The notes below the pieces were generated by a model, which was given only the letters and a program-made list of their open reading frames with translations, was not told where the DNA came from and did not search any database. Shown here piece after piece: positions 7,490-16,716 of a stretch of DNA of 53,627 nucleotides (positions within the stretch are counted from its first letter, which is position 1; each line of letters begins with the position of its first letter). The position numbers were made by a program, and so were the translations under genes. The stretch covers positions 1 through 53,627 of the IMG/VR virus record IMGVR_UViG_3300044951_001798. One strand, 5' to 3'. This DNA is from a virus (Duplodnaviria > Caudoviricetes).

Positions 7490-9734
7490 CTTCATCTGCA
7501 AGTTGGGATAGGCAAAGTATGTCAGTTTCGGGACCAGCTTTGCCTTTATGCTTTTTTGTGTAAATCTGTCCGGTACTGAGGAGGCCAGTCAGTAAATGTT
7601 TCCTGTCTCGTTCAGGTATCCGGACAAGCTGACCAAAAAGAACCGCAGAAGACACACCTGGTTTGCTTGGAGTAGCTTTTCCTTTAATTGCTCGGATAAC
7701 TTTTTGCTCCATTGCGTGCCAGTCGTTCTCTGAAACATAATTGCCAGCCATGCTGAGGATATGTTCATCAAGAAAGTCAATAAGCGATAGGCCATATTGG
7801 TATGAATCTATACCAAGTGGAAGGCTGATACATCGTTTTCCGAATTTACTTAGGTGGTGATCATGTGCGTATTTTTCGCCTGTTTCTCGTGCGCGGTTGT
7901 AAATATATCCCTGCCATTTACCTTTAAATAAACACTGCTTTTTATTGATTTCTGCATCCCAATATTTCAGATATTCAAGAGCCTCGCCGGTTCTTGTTAA
8001 TTTAAAAGGTACATATTTTTTCATGGTTGGTGCATTTGTTTCGATATTCCCAACGCAATCAGAATCGAACTGCATTTCGATATTGGCGATTTCAATTAGT
8101 TTTTTAATGAGCTGGCGAGGCTTGTTTTCGTAATACATCGGCATTTCATATCCAGCCGAGACAGGATCATGGTGGGACTCAAAGACTTGAAGCCGTGCAA
8201 TAAAACCATCCTGGAGATCGGTTGGTGTTATCTGCGCCCATAAATCGTCGGGTGTTGCGCTACCGATCATGGAGACATGTTGCCAGGGATATTTTTTATT
8301 ATTTGACGCATCTGCATAAGATTTTTCACCGGAAGCTCCAGAATATAATTCAAGAAAGGCAGAGCCTACAGTTTCAGCAGTATTGTTTTTTGCTCGTTCA
8401 CGCTTCAATATTTTTGCAAATTCATCAAGAAAGAAAATCTTTGAATACTTGTCAGGGATTAGTGATATGGCTGAATAAATGGCTGCGCCTCCGGTGAATT
8501 TTGACCCACCCATGAAGTGCATTAAGTCTGGTGTATCGGATAAAATTTGTTTCACGATTGCCGGGGCGCCGTCTTTACCTGAACCAGAATGTCCCAGGAG
8601 AAGACAATAAAGGTTTGTTCTGATACCTGTTGGCCCACAGATTTTATGTCCACCAACAGCGCCAAGTAAAGCAAGTGAACAACCCAGGTTAAATATCGGC
8701 ACTGACACCGGACACATCTTGTCCATGTAATCCAGCGTTTCTTGCAATATACCACCAGGATTTAAAAGAATATTTGGGATTGGCTTTATTGAACATCTAT
8801 CAAATTTTTCGATAGATGTTGGTGTTATTATAGAGAGTATTGTATGTTTTAATTCTGTAAACATTTTCAAAACTGCATTATCACCGGATTCATTCGCCAG
8901 ATCGTTAAAATCAGATCCGGATGTTTCAGGCAAAAACACTTTTGCACTAATAACTTCTCCAGCGATAGTGGCCTTTGTTGCGCCGATGTTATCCTGTTTT
9001 TTGATGTCATTATCGCCACATATAATAATGGTTGACTCAAGGTTTTTGGATTTAACAATTTGAGCAACAGACAGGATGTTTCCTGCTGAAAAAGCACAAT
9101 AAACAGTATGTCCGGTACACCTATGGAGAGTTGCGCCGGTTGCGTATCCCTCGCAGATTAAAATGGTTGAACTGCCTTGGATGATGAAAAAGCCGCCTTT
9201 CATTTTACCTTTGGGTAGGTTTTTCTTATCACCTGATGGCCTGATGTATTGTAAAGACTGGACTTGAAAAGATTCTGAGAGAACGGGAATTACGAGCGAA
9301 TTACCAGCCTGTTTAACGCCGGGATACGCTGCAATGTTCTTCTTAATAAGGTACGCATGTTCGGTTGGACTCTTTGATGCTGCATAAATTTCTTTCGCTG
9401 ATTCGGCAGCTCTTGCATATTCAGCATCCTGTTGATTTTTACGATTTATCTCTGCCTGCGCCATAAATGCAGTGGCCTGCATTTGATCCAGATACCCAAG
9501 GTTTGAGTATTCGTCAGATACCCACTTGACACTAGTGCCTTTCCTCCAATCGCCAAAAAATCCAACTGGTACAGGGCCATCAGTATGGAAACAATACCAT
9601 CCAGATTTCCCATGTATCTTTCCTGTTCCGTTTTCAACCGGATACCGGTGAATAACACCATCTGCAATGATGGATTTAGGAGGTGTTTGTCCGGCCTGTA
9701 TCATGGCGGATGTTATGTTAGATAAATTCAGCAT
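7485..9734 (-). CDS. DNA primase (TOPRIM)-helicase (DUF3987-like) replication protein
   Basis: HAYLIKK, SLQYI, ICEGYATGATL, ICGDND (TOPRIM); Walker A GHSGSGKD; Walker B FFLDEF; GFIARL. Confidence 0.9.
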   Translation of the reverse strand: MLNLSNITSAMIQAGQTPPKSIIADGVIHRYPVENGTGKIHGKSGWYCFHTDGPVPVGFFGDWRKGTSVKWVSDEYSNLGYLDQMQATAFMAQAEINRKNQQDAEYARAAESAKEIYAASKSPTEHAYLIKKNIAAYPGVKQAGNSLVIPVLSESFQVQSLQYIRPSGDKKNLPKGKMKGGFFIIQGSSTILICEGYATGATLHRCTGHTVYCAFSAGNILSVAQIVKSKNLESTIIICGDNDIKKQDNIGATKATIAGEVISAKVFLPETSGSDFNDLANESGDNAVLKMFTELKHTILSIITPTSIEKFDRCSIKPIPNILLNPGGILQETLDYMDKMCPVSVPIFNLGCSLALLGAVGGHKICGPTGIRTNLYCLLLGHSGSGKDGAPAIVKQILSDTPDLMHFMGGSKFTGGAAIYSAISLIPDKYSKIFFLDEFAKILKRERAKNNTAETVGSAFLELYSGASGEKSYADASNNKKYPWQHVSMIGSATPDDLWAQITPTDLQDGFIARLQVFESHHDPVSAGYEMPMYYENKPRQLIKKLIEIANIEMQFDSDCVGNIETNAPTMKKYVPFKLTRTGEALEYLKYWDAEINKKQCLFKGKWQGYIYNRARETGEKYAHDHHLSKFGKRCISLPLGIDSYQYGLSLIDFLDEHILSMAGNYVSENDWHAMEQKVIRAIKGKATPSKPGVSSAVLFGQLVRIPERDRKHLLTGLLSTGQIYTKKHKGKAGPETDILCLSQLADEE

Positions 9735-10387
9735 GAACGCCTTATTTCACTTAGGTTTGCACGTGCAGAAACGAGACGTAAAACAGCTCTTTCATTATGA
9801 AAGGTGACAAAGTTTTCAGCAAAAACAGTATCATTAAAACTATCACCTATTTCAGCATCAGAACTGTTTAAAATGACGTGTTCAGGATTGATTGAATTGG
9901 TAGTAATAAAATCAGTTACGATACTGTCAAACGTGTTTGGTGGGGAATGATCAACATGACAATTATAAACATTTAATGCAATTCCGGTTATCGGACACAC
10001 AGAATCACCGTCAAGGTTGTTCACTCTAAAAACAAATACATCACCTGAAATTGCTTGACGGCAGGCATTTTTAAACTTTCTAAGTGGATCTGTTGGTTTG
10101 AGGCATTCAAGAAAACTGAAATCTGTTTCGGTGCCATCGGTGCGTTTAATCCAGAACCCACGGTTTCTTTTGTGAACTGGATTTTGCCGGACGAATATGG
10201 TTGAAACACCACAACCAATTTTGACATCAGCAGATGGGTGCATGGCAAGAATCGCGTTCATGAATTTGAGATTGATGTCATTCAAACCTTGTTCAAATTC
10301 ATACGCATAAAGGATATCACGAACCTTATCAGTTAAAGCCGATTTGGTTTTGAAATGCTCGCCATCCACCACATAACTTTTTGCCAT
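9728..10387 (-). CDS. DCL-family (DUF3223) protein with C-terminal HNH-like segment
   Basis: HPSADVKIGCGV..GFWIKRTDGTETDFSFLECL; CPITG..HVDH. Confidence 0.7.
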   Translation of the reverse strand: MAKSYVVDGEHFKTKSALTDKVRDILYAYEFEQGLNDINLKFMNAILAMHPSADVKIGCGVSTIFVRQNPVHKRNRGFWIKRTDGTETDFSFLECLKPTDPLRKFKNACRQAISGDVFVFRVNNLDGDSVCPITGIALNVYNCHVDHSPPNTFDSIVTDFITTNSINPEHVILNSSDAEIGDSFNDTVFAENFVTFHNERAVLRLVSARANLSEIRRSC

Positions 10388-10405
10388 TGTAATAAATCCT
10401 TTGCT

Positions 10406-10606
10406 TTACGACTGTGGTGTTAAGTTCTCAGCAGAGTGTGGCAATAACTGTATCAGGTAGGGATGACGTTCAATCTGGGGGCCGGCGAGGTGGATACACG
10501 TCCTGATGAATTCGGACTGTGTACAGTCGATACTGGTTATGATCTTGCCGAGATACCTGGCCATTTTCTCGTCAATTTTGATATTTACGGCATTGTCAAA
10601 TTTCAT
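10406..10606 (-). CDS. Small ribbon-helix-helix-like regulator (cII position)
   Basis: VNIKIDEKM..TQSEFIRTCI. Confidence 0.55.
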   Translation of the reverse strand: MKFDNAVNIKIDEKMARYLGKIITSIDCTQSEFIRTCIHLAGPQIERHPYLIQLLPHSAENLTPQS

Positions 10607-10646
10607 CAGGTGGCCTCGTTTCGGTTGACGGATATTTTTTGAGGTG

Positions 10647-10883
10647 TTATTCGGTTAGGTTGTTTGATTTTTGGGTGTCGGTGGTGGCGTACAGTTCGGG
10701 GTACAGCATCATATCTCTGGTAACTTGTCCACCGGTGGCTTGTTCGATACGAAGAGCGAGGCGGGGAGATGGACGGCGCAAATGTACGACGAGTAAATTG
10801 ACGTAATTTTTCGTGGTTCCTATGCTGTGAGCAAAGGATTCTCGACTTTTACCTTTTAAATATTTTTTAAGTGTTTCAGACAT
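10647..10883 (-). CDS. cro: Cro-like (YdaS-type) HTH regulator
   Basis: SFAHSIGTTKNYVN..RRPSPRLALRIEQATGGQVT; divergent from the repressor. Confidence 0.85.
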   Translation of the reverse strand: MSETLKKYLKGKSRESFAHSIGTTKNYVNLLVVHLRRPSPRLALRIEQATGGQVTRDMMLYPELYATTDTQKSNNLTE

Positions 10884-10917
10884 GGTTAAGTTAATCACAT
10901 AGATGAAATGAAGTCAA
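10884..10917 (-). promoter_or_regulatory. PR-like promoter with embedded operator
   Basis: Minus strand TTGACT-N18-TAACTT-AACC-ATG; spacer contains ATTTCATCTATGTGATTAA. Confidence 0.65.
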
Positions 10918-10933
10918 GAGGAAATTATCCTAT

Positions 10934-11449
10934 ATGAGAAACCCAACAATTTCAGAAATAATACGGGTAAATTTACTCAGAATTATGGCGGAAAAGATGT
11001 TAAAAAATAAAGACTTGGCTAAAATCTTGGACGTTTCGCCATCTTATGTTACGAATATTTTAAAGGAATTTGGAAATACAAAACGAGGGATCGGGCAGGT
11101 AACTCTTGATAAATTATGTAAAGGATTAAATATAAATCAAGATGAATTTTATAAAGGAATATATGTTGGAGAGAAACAAGAGCATGATGTCTGTGAGATA
11201 AAATTTAAAACGATTGAAACAAAAACACAGGAAATTGTCAATACAGATACTTCTCTTCTTGGCATAGCAAAATATGTAATTGAACATGGAACAGTCGCTC
11301 AGTATGAAAGATTCAGATCGTTTGGTGAAACGATAAAACGAGAAATTGAATCAACAAAAAAAGGAACATTATTGAAAAATACGAATGCGTCGGATTCCCC
11401 ACCTATAAATCAACTCAATGGTCTGAAGGTCGTAAATGGATCGAAATAA
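10934..11449 (+). CDS. CI-like XRE HTH repressor (no obvious S24 peptidase domain)
   Basis: LKNKDLAKILDVSPSYVTNIL..LDKLCKGLNI. Confidence 0.85.
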   Translation: MRNPTISEIIRVNLLRIMAEKMLKNKDLAKILDVSPSYVTNILKEFGNTKRGIGQVTLDKLCKGLNINQDEFYKGIYVGEKQEHDVCEIKFKTIETKTQEIVNTDTSLLGIAKYVIEHGTVAQYERFRSFGETIKREIESTKKGTLLKNTNASDSPPINQLNGLKVVNGSK

Positions 11450-11519
11450 CAAGTAATGGACGTAGGATGTGTTTTAGGTTGATGATAACGTAATAAACAA
11501 AACGTACCATTATTATAAG

Positions 11520-11557
11520 AGGCTCGTTCAACTTCGGTTGATCGGGCCTTTTTTTTG
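11520..11557 (+). terminator. Rho-independent terminator after cI
   Basis: AGGCTCGTTCAAC-TTCG-GTTGATCGGGCCT hairpin followed by a T run. Confidence 0.85.
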
Positions 11558-11564
11558 TCCAAAA

Positions 11565-11640
11565 TTTTATCACTTAGAAAAAATTCATCATTAAGAGTGA
11601 TAAAATATCTTGACAATAATTCATCTTATTGATTAATATA
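11565..11640 (+). promoter_or_regulatory. PL-like promoter and operators
   Basis: TTGACA (11610)-N18-TAATAT; spacer AATTCATCTTATTGATTAA matches the PR operator at 15/19; flanking IR TTTTATCACT..AGTGATAAAA. Confidence 0.7.
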
Positions 11641-11792
11641 TATCCAACATAACAACACCCCAACCGGCAACCCCGAGCGACCTTGACCGGCGCATATGAC
11701 GGGAAGCTGGTTTTTCACGGATGAAGCTGCGGATGCGGTGAGGCGTCAAGGAATATCGGCGGATAGGGAAGCGCAAAGAACGACAAGGAAAT

Positions 11793-12587
11793 ATGAAAAT
11801 GGACGAACTGATTCAACAGAAAGCGTTTGATTACAGCGTGATTGACGAAAAAGACCGGGACTTCCCATCATTTACGGTATCTGAAGAACTTGAAATTATC
11901 AGAAAAAGCAACGACGGGATTCTCGATGCTGAGAAAGTTGTAGTTTATGCCAGCAATACCAAAACATCTTTGCATGGCAGATTCCAGTGGGCGGATACCA
12001 TAGCAGCAGATGCGTACCGCTTGAACCAGGCGAGGCAGGTCATTAGACTTGATCTTACCATTATAAAACATGATTCAGATAACATGATGTTCCTACCAGA
12101 TAATTCAATGGATAGCGATGGCGTTACGCTGAGAAAATACGTTTCACTTTCACATGATAGGTCAAACAATGGAGGGTATAGACTATTAAGCGAAGTTTTA
12201 GACAATTCGGATATGCGTAAACAGCTCGTCCGTGATGCTAAAAAGGATATGCAAACTTTTCGTAAAAAGTATAGCGCACTGGAAGAGCTTTCATCTGTAA
12301 TGGACGGAATGGATAATAGTATATCGCTTTGCTCTATGGATATGTTGTCGGAAGAAAGAATTAAGTTCGCAATAAGAAAAATACGCAGTCTTCTCTGCGG
12401 GATATTTGAAACACTTGGCCATGTACGCGATATCCGAATAACTGAACCCGAAAGAGACTCTCTTATAATGATGTCAGATGTAATGGCGCAATTGGGTGAA
12501 GCGATTAAATCTCGGATTAATGGTGATCAAACAATTAATTTCGATTCGATAATAACTCGGTTGAAGAACATTGAAATTTACAATTGA
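11793..12587 (+). CDS. Conserved phage early protein (putative DNA-binding)
   Basis: LHGRFQWAD..AADAYRLNQARQVIR..AKKDMQTFRKKYSALEEL pattern common in temperate phages. Confidence 0.6.
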   Translation: MKMDELIQQKAFDYSVIDEKDRDFPSFTVSEELEIIRKSNDGILDAEKVVVYASNTKTSLHGRFQWADTIAADAYRLNQARQVIRLDLTIIKHDSDNMMFLPDNSMDSDGVTLRKYVSLSHDRSNNGGYRLLSEVLDNSDMRKQLVRDAKKDMQTFRKKYSALEELSSVMDGMDNSISLCSMDMLSEERIKFAIRKIRSLLCGIFETLGHVRDIRITEPERDSLIMMSDVMAQLGEAIKSRINGDQTINFDSIITRLKNIEIYN

Positions 12588-12831
12588 ACCGGAGACGATT
12601 ATGAGATTCCATAAATTAAAACCATCATCGGCCTACCACCGGCCAGCACCCGCGCCAATAGCTGACACTGGCATCTGCCAGATATGCAACACCCGGCCAA
12701 TTGCCGGGTATGTCCTGGGCAGTGGGCAGTATCTCAGCCGGACGTGCCTTAGATGCTACCGGGCAGCCGACACCGACACTTATGACCGCGCATTTAAAGC
12801 GCACGGGGCTTATAAACAATCACGCAGTTGA
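12571..12831 (+). CDS. Small Zn-finger protein
   Basis: CQIC..CLRC. Confidence 0.45.
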   Translation: MKFTIEPETIMRFHKLKPSSAYHRPAPAPIADTGICQICNTRPIAGYVLGSGQYLSRTCLRCYRAADTDTYDRAFKAHGAYKQSRS

Positions 12832-12985
12832 CATCCAGCCCGGATCTCCAAGCGCCTCCCCGACCAGGTGCAGTAAACCAATCCAGCTCGTTTGCCGGGC
12901 GTCAGATTCTATCTGATATTGGTTAGAAAGCTGGTCAAGGTCGGGATTCTTTTCAACCACGAAGAAATTATCAGGAGAACTAAAA

Positions 12986-13162
12986 ATGATACGAACCACA
13001 GGAAAGTTTTTATGGCTTTGGAGTAGATTTGAAGACATCCAGAGCCGCTGGATTTTGTTCTGCGAATGGCTAATGGTCACAGAGTTGATTGATGAACGTT
13101 TCGACCTTGAAACCAGAATTGATTTAGGAGGGCCAGATGGAGCAGCCATACGGACACTCTGA
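12986..13162 (+). CDS. Small hypothetical protein (58 aa)
   Basis: AGGAG RBS; MIRTTGKFLWLWSRFEDIQSRW... Confidence 0.4.
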   Translation: MIRTTGKFLWLWSRFEDIQSRWILFCEWLMVTELIDERFDLETRIDLGGPDGAAIRTL

Positions 13163-13257
13163 TAAGAGCCGCCTCGCAGTCCAGAGCTTCGAGGCATCGG
13201 GTTGGAAAAGGTTTAAAACATTACCCCGCCTGGGTCGCTGGATAGTGTGCCGGAAAA

Positions 13258-13308
13258 GTCAACGACCCCTACCCTGAAGGGATAGGGGTTTTACGCCATT
13301 CTTATAAA
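13258..13308 (+). mobile_element. Minimal IS200/IS605 (IscB-type) end remnant / palindromic element
   Basis: GTCAACGACCCCTACCCTGAAGGGATAGGGGTTTTACGCCATTCTTATAAA: GTCAAC start and CCC-TGAA-GGG hairpin, as recalled for IscB element ends. Confidence 0.55.
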
Positions 13309-13330
13309 TATCCAAGAAAGGAGCAGGTTT

Positions 13331-13738
13331 ATGGTCACTAAAGTGTTAATAGTCAGAGGTTCTGAATTGAAAATTCAGATACAGGCAATGACAGAGGAAT
13401 TACGCGGTATCAATCTCGAACTGTCGAGAGCCGCTGAATACAGAAACGGAAGCAAAACCGGCCATCTGTTGGAAGCCGGTATCAAAGTCACAGTGCAGTT
13501 GAAGGAGAATATCAAATGGTATCAGGATCGGTTGGCGCAGGTGAAAACACTGCTCCCTGATGTGTTTAACGACACTTTCGTCTATGAGTTCAAGCCATCA
13601 TCCACAAAAGCACTTGAATCGGCCATGAAAGAAAATGCGGAGTTTGCAAAGGCCATCGCATGGAGCAGGGAGATTAAGCCAGGCGCGCCGCAAGTAATTT
13701 TCGAGAAAATTGAGGATGAAAGCGATATCCCGTTTTAA
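13331..13738 (+). CDS. Phage recombination-module protein with acidic DIPF tail
   Basis: AAGGAG RBS; precedes Sak4; ends EDESDIPF. Confidence 0.6.
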   Translation: MVTKVLIVRGSELKIQIQAMTEELRGINLELSRAAEYRNGSKTGHLLEAGIKVTVQLKENIKWYQDRLAQVKTLLPDVFNDTFVYEFKPSSTKALESAMKENAEFAKAIAWSREIKPGAPQVIFEKIEDESDIPF

Positions 13739-13760
13739 ACAATAAACAAGGAGATAACCA

Positions 13761-14462
13761 ATGTTAAAACCAATAGGCGTTCAGTCCGTCAATAGGTTCA
13801 GTGCGTTAGTCTTGGGGAATACTGGATCAGGAAAAACATCTTTGCTCAGGACGATACCAGATGGTGAAAGAGTGTGCTGTCTATCGGCAGAAGCTGGCCT
13901 TTTAAGCGTCAAGGATATTGTCGAATCAGGGAAAGTCGAAGGATTTGAAATTAGCTCGTTTGCTGATCTCAAAGAGGTATATCAATTGTTTTTATCACCT
14001 GACTTCAAGAGTAAATATTCTTGGATTTTCTTGGACTCTTTAACAGAGATATCTGGCAGGTGTAATGAGAGTATGCAGGCAAAATATACAAAAGGAGAAG
14101 ATGCATTCAAGCGTTGGAATGATTATGGTGATTCGATGTTATCAATCATTAAAGGATTCAGAGATTTATCATCTTATTCGGTTGTCTTTACCTGCTTGCC
14201 TACCGTTCAATTAGATGATTTAAATCGTCGATATATCGGAGCGGATATCGCAGGGAAACAGCTCAAAGAACGTTTACCGAGTTATTTTGATCTTGTTCTT
14301 TATCTTGTAACTCAAACCACTGATGACGGAACACCATATCGGTGTTTTTTGACTTCTAACTCGGATCGTTATCCGGGGAAAGACCGTTCTGGTAAGCTGG
14401 CCCCAGTTGAAAAACCGGATTTAGGTTACTTACGAAACAAAATTTTAGAAGGAGGAATTTAA
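13761..14462 (+). CDS. Sak4-like AAA_24 ssDNA-annealing ATPase
   Basis: GNTGSGKT, SAEAGLLS, IFLDSLTEI, LPSYFDLVLY, GKDRSGKL. Confidence 0.88.
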   Translation: MLKPIGVQSVNRFSALVLGNTGSGKTSLLRTIPDGERVCCLSAEAGLLSVKDIVESGKVEGFEISSFADLKEVYQLFLSPDFKSKYSWIFLDSLTEISGRCNESMQAKYTKGEDAFKRWNDYGDSMLSIIKGFRDLSSYSVVFTCLPTVQLDDLNRRYIGADIAGKQLKERLPSYFDLVLYLVTQTTDDGTPYRCFLTSNSDRYPGKDRSGKLAPVEKPDLGYLRNKILEGGI

Positions 14463-14464
14463 CT

Positions 14465-14941
14465 ATGGCTCAAATTTCAGTAGATTTAACGCAGTACGAA
14501 GCACAGGATTCCTTAGATCTCCTTCCGCCAGGCTGGTACCCGGCAGAGATCATCAACTCGGAGATCAAGGAAGGCAAGAAAGGTCCTTACATCAACTGGA
14601 CTTTTCAGGTTATCGGGAAACCGAATCACATCTGGACTATCACCAGCCTCGGAAACGAAGTTTCAATGAAGATACTCAAGACAATGGCCACCTGCTGTGG
14701 TCACCGGAACCCAAACTACATTGCCGACACCGAGGAACTGCACGGGAAGAAGTGCCAGATCAGAGTGAAGATCAAAACCGATGAGAACGGTGATTACGAG
14801 CCGAAGAACGAAATCAGCGGTTATAAACCACTGGATGGCGCAAAGGTGGCAGCGGCAGTCAACAACATACCACCAGCACACGTCGCGGCTGCGGCGATGG
14901 CTGCAATACCGGCAGATACAAAAATGCCGTGGCAAATTTAA
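14465..14941 (+). CDS. DUF669-family phage single-stranded DNA-binding protein
   Basis: LLPPGWYPAEI..EELHGK..KNEISGYKP..MPW; adjacent to Sak4. Confidence 0.8.
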   Translation: MAQISVDLTQYEAQDSLDLLPPGWYPAEIINSEIKEGKKGPYINWTFQVIGKPNHIWTITSLGNEVSMKILKTMATCCGHRNPNYIADTEELHGKKCQIRVKIKTDENGDYEPKNEISGYKPLDGAKVAAAVNNIPPAHVAAAAMAAIPADTKMPWQI

Positions 14942-14990
14942 GACATTGAACCCCTGGGGGATCCCCAGGGGGATTTGAGCAAAGGTAGAA

Positions 14991-16700
14991 ATGGATTATA
15001 CATTACGACCATACCAAGAAGAAGTTTTAAAGGTGATTTGGGACGCTATACCAACGGATCAATTTATATTGGTTCAAGCGGCGACCGGAGCCGGGAAAAC
15101 TTTAATTTTCTCAGAACTCATCAAACGACTTCTTACACAATGGCCTAATTTAAGAATCGGAATATTGGCGCATCGTCGGGAGCTGATTACACAGGCGCAA
15201 GACAAACTTCTCAAAACATGGCCGGTGGCTCCTATAGGCATAGCCTGTGCCTCTATATCAAATGATATTGATACGGATAAGTCTATTGTGATTGGTAGCA
15301 TACAAACGCTATCAAGACGTACAGGAACAACCGTCCCGTTTGATTTGGTAGTAGTTGATGAAGCGCACAAAATACCAGGCATGAATATCAAAAGCCAATA
15401 TAAGACATGGATTGAAACCATGATCCAATATAATCCTAAAGTTAGAATATTAGGTATGACAGCGACACCATTTAGACTTTCTCAGGGATATATTTATGGG
15501 ACTGCTTGTAAACCAGGCAATATTAATCTTTTCCCTGATCTACATTATCGAATATCAATCTCTGATCTTCAAAAAGATGGATATCTTTGTGGGTACCGAG
15601 CAAAAACAACAACCGATATCTCGTCTGATTTAGCCGGTGTACGGAAAACAGGAGATTATAATGTGGGTGATTTATCGGCAGTAATGAGTAAACAACAGCA
15701 CGTCGGGTCTGCGGTGGCTGCGCTGGATGAACATGCCTCAGATCGAAAGCATGTTATTGTTTTTGCTGTAACAATTGCTCATGCAGAAAAACTTCGTGAA
15801 GCGTTCGGAGAACAGGCAACCATTATTCATTCAGAATTAAATGACGATGCCAGGTATCAAGCTCTTTCTGACTTTGAATCAGGTAAAATCAGGATAATCG
15901 TGAATGTGACAATACTTTCAGAGGGCTTCGATTCACCGGCAGTTGACTGTATTATCATGTGCCGTCCAACAATGTCCCCTGGACTTTTCATTCAAATGAC
16001 AGGCCGTGGCCTCCGTCCGCATCCAGACAAAAAAGACGTGTTGATTCTTGATTTGGCTAATAACTGCCAGACTCATGGAGACCCAGATTCACCGCGTGTG
16101 GAGATACCAGGGAGATCGAAAAAGAAGGAGCTTTTGGTTGAGGAAAAGAAAATTAAAACCTGTCCAAACTGTGACGAAGTGGTTGAGCCGAGAGCAACAA
16201 TTTGCATGGTGTGCGGTTGGGAGTTTGTAACCGAACGTAACGATCCGGTGGCGCTGACCGACTACAAGTTTGAAAAGGTAAAATCAGCTTCGATGGTTGC
16301 GGAGATTTCGAACATTGAAATGAGTAAGTACGTCAGTAAAGCAGGAGGGTTGATGGTTAAGGCCGTGATAACCGCTTGGGTGCCAGGTAGTATCAACCCA
16401 CATTTTATAAATCACTTTATGATCATGGGTGACGGCGGGCATCCTTACGCTATTTCCCGCAGTCGAGCTGCCTGGCGTAAAGTTACTGGAGATGATCCTC
16501 CAACCAGCGCTCAGGAGGCTATAGAAAGAAAAGAGGAATTCGAGAGCGCATTGGGAAAGAATGGCTGGGTTTCTATTTGTGAAGAAAATAAATTTATGAA
16601 AATAGAAAAATGGTGTGTGCCAGAACCGATGATTATTAGAGTAATAGGTGAAGATAAGGAAGTTAAAGAAACTCTGGTTTTTGATCAAATACCATTTTAA
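14991..16700 (+). CDS. SF2 DEAH helicase (RadD/YejH-like) with Zn ribbon
   Basis: LRPYQ, ATGAGKT, DEAH, TATP, EGFD, QMTGRGLR, CPNC..CMVC. Confidence 0.92.
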   Translation: MDYTLRPYQEEVLKVIWDAIPTDQFILVQAATGAGKTLIFSELIKRLLTQWPNLRIGILAHRRELITQAQDKLLKTWPVAPIGIACASISNDIDTDKSIVIGSIQTLSRRTGTTVPFDLVVVDEAHKIPGMNIKSQYKTWIETMIQYNPKVRILGMTATPFRLSQGYIYGTACKPGNINLFPDLHYRISISDLQKDGYLCGYRAKTTTDISSDLAGVRKTGDYNVGDLSAVMSKQQHVGSAVAALDEHASDRKHVIVFAVTIAHAEKLREAFGEQATIIHSELNDDARYQALSDFESGKIRIIVNVTILSEGFDSPAVDCIIMCRPTMSPGLFIQMTGRGLRPHPDKKDVLILDLANNCQTHGDPDSPRVEIPGRSKKKELLVEEKKIKTCPNCDEVVEPRATICMVCGWEFVTERNDPVALTDYKFEKVKSASMVAEISNIEMSKYVSKAGGLMVKAVITAWVPGSINPHFINHFMIMGDGGHPYAISRSRAAWRKVTGDDPPTSAQEAIERKEEFESALGKNGWVSICEENKFMKIEKWCVPEPMIIRVIGEDKEVKETLVFDQIPF

Positions 16701-16716
16701 AAAAAAAGGAGTCATA

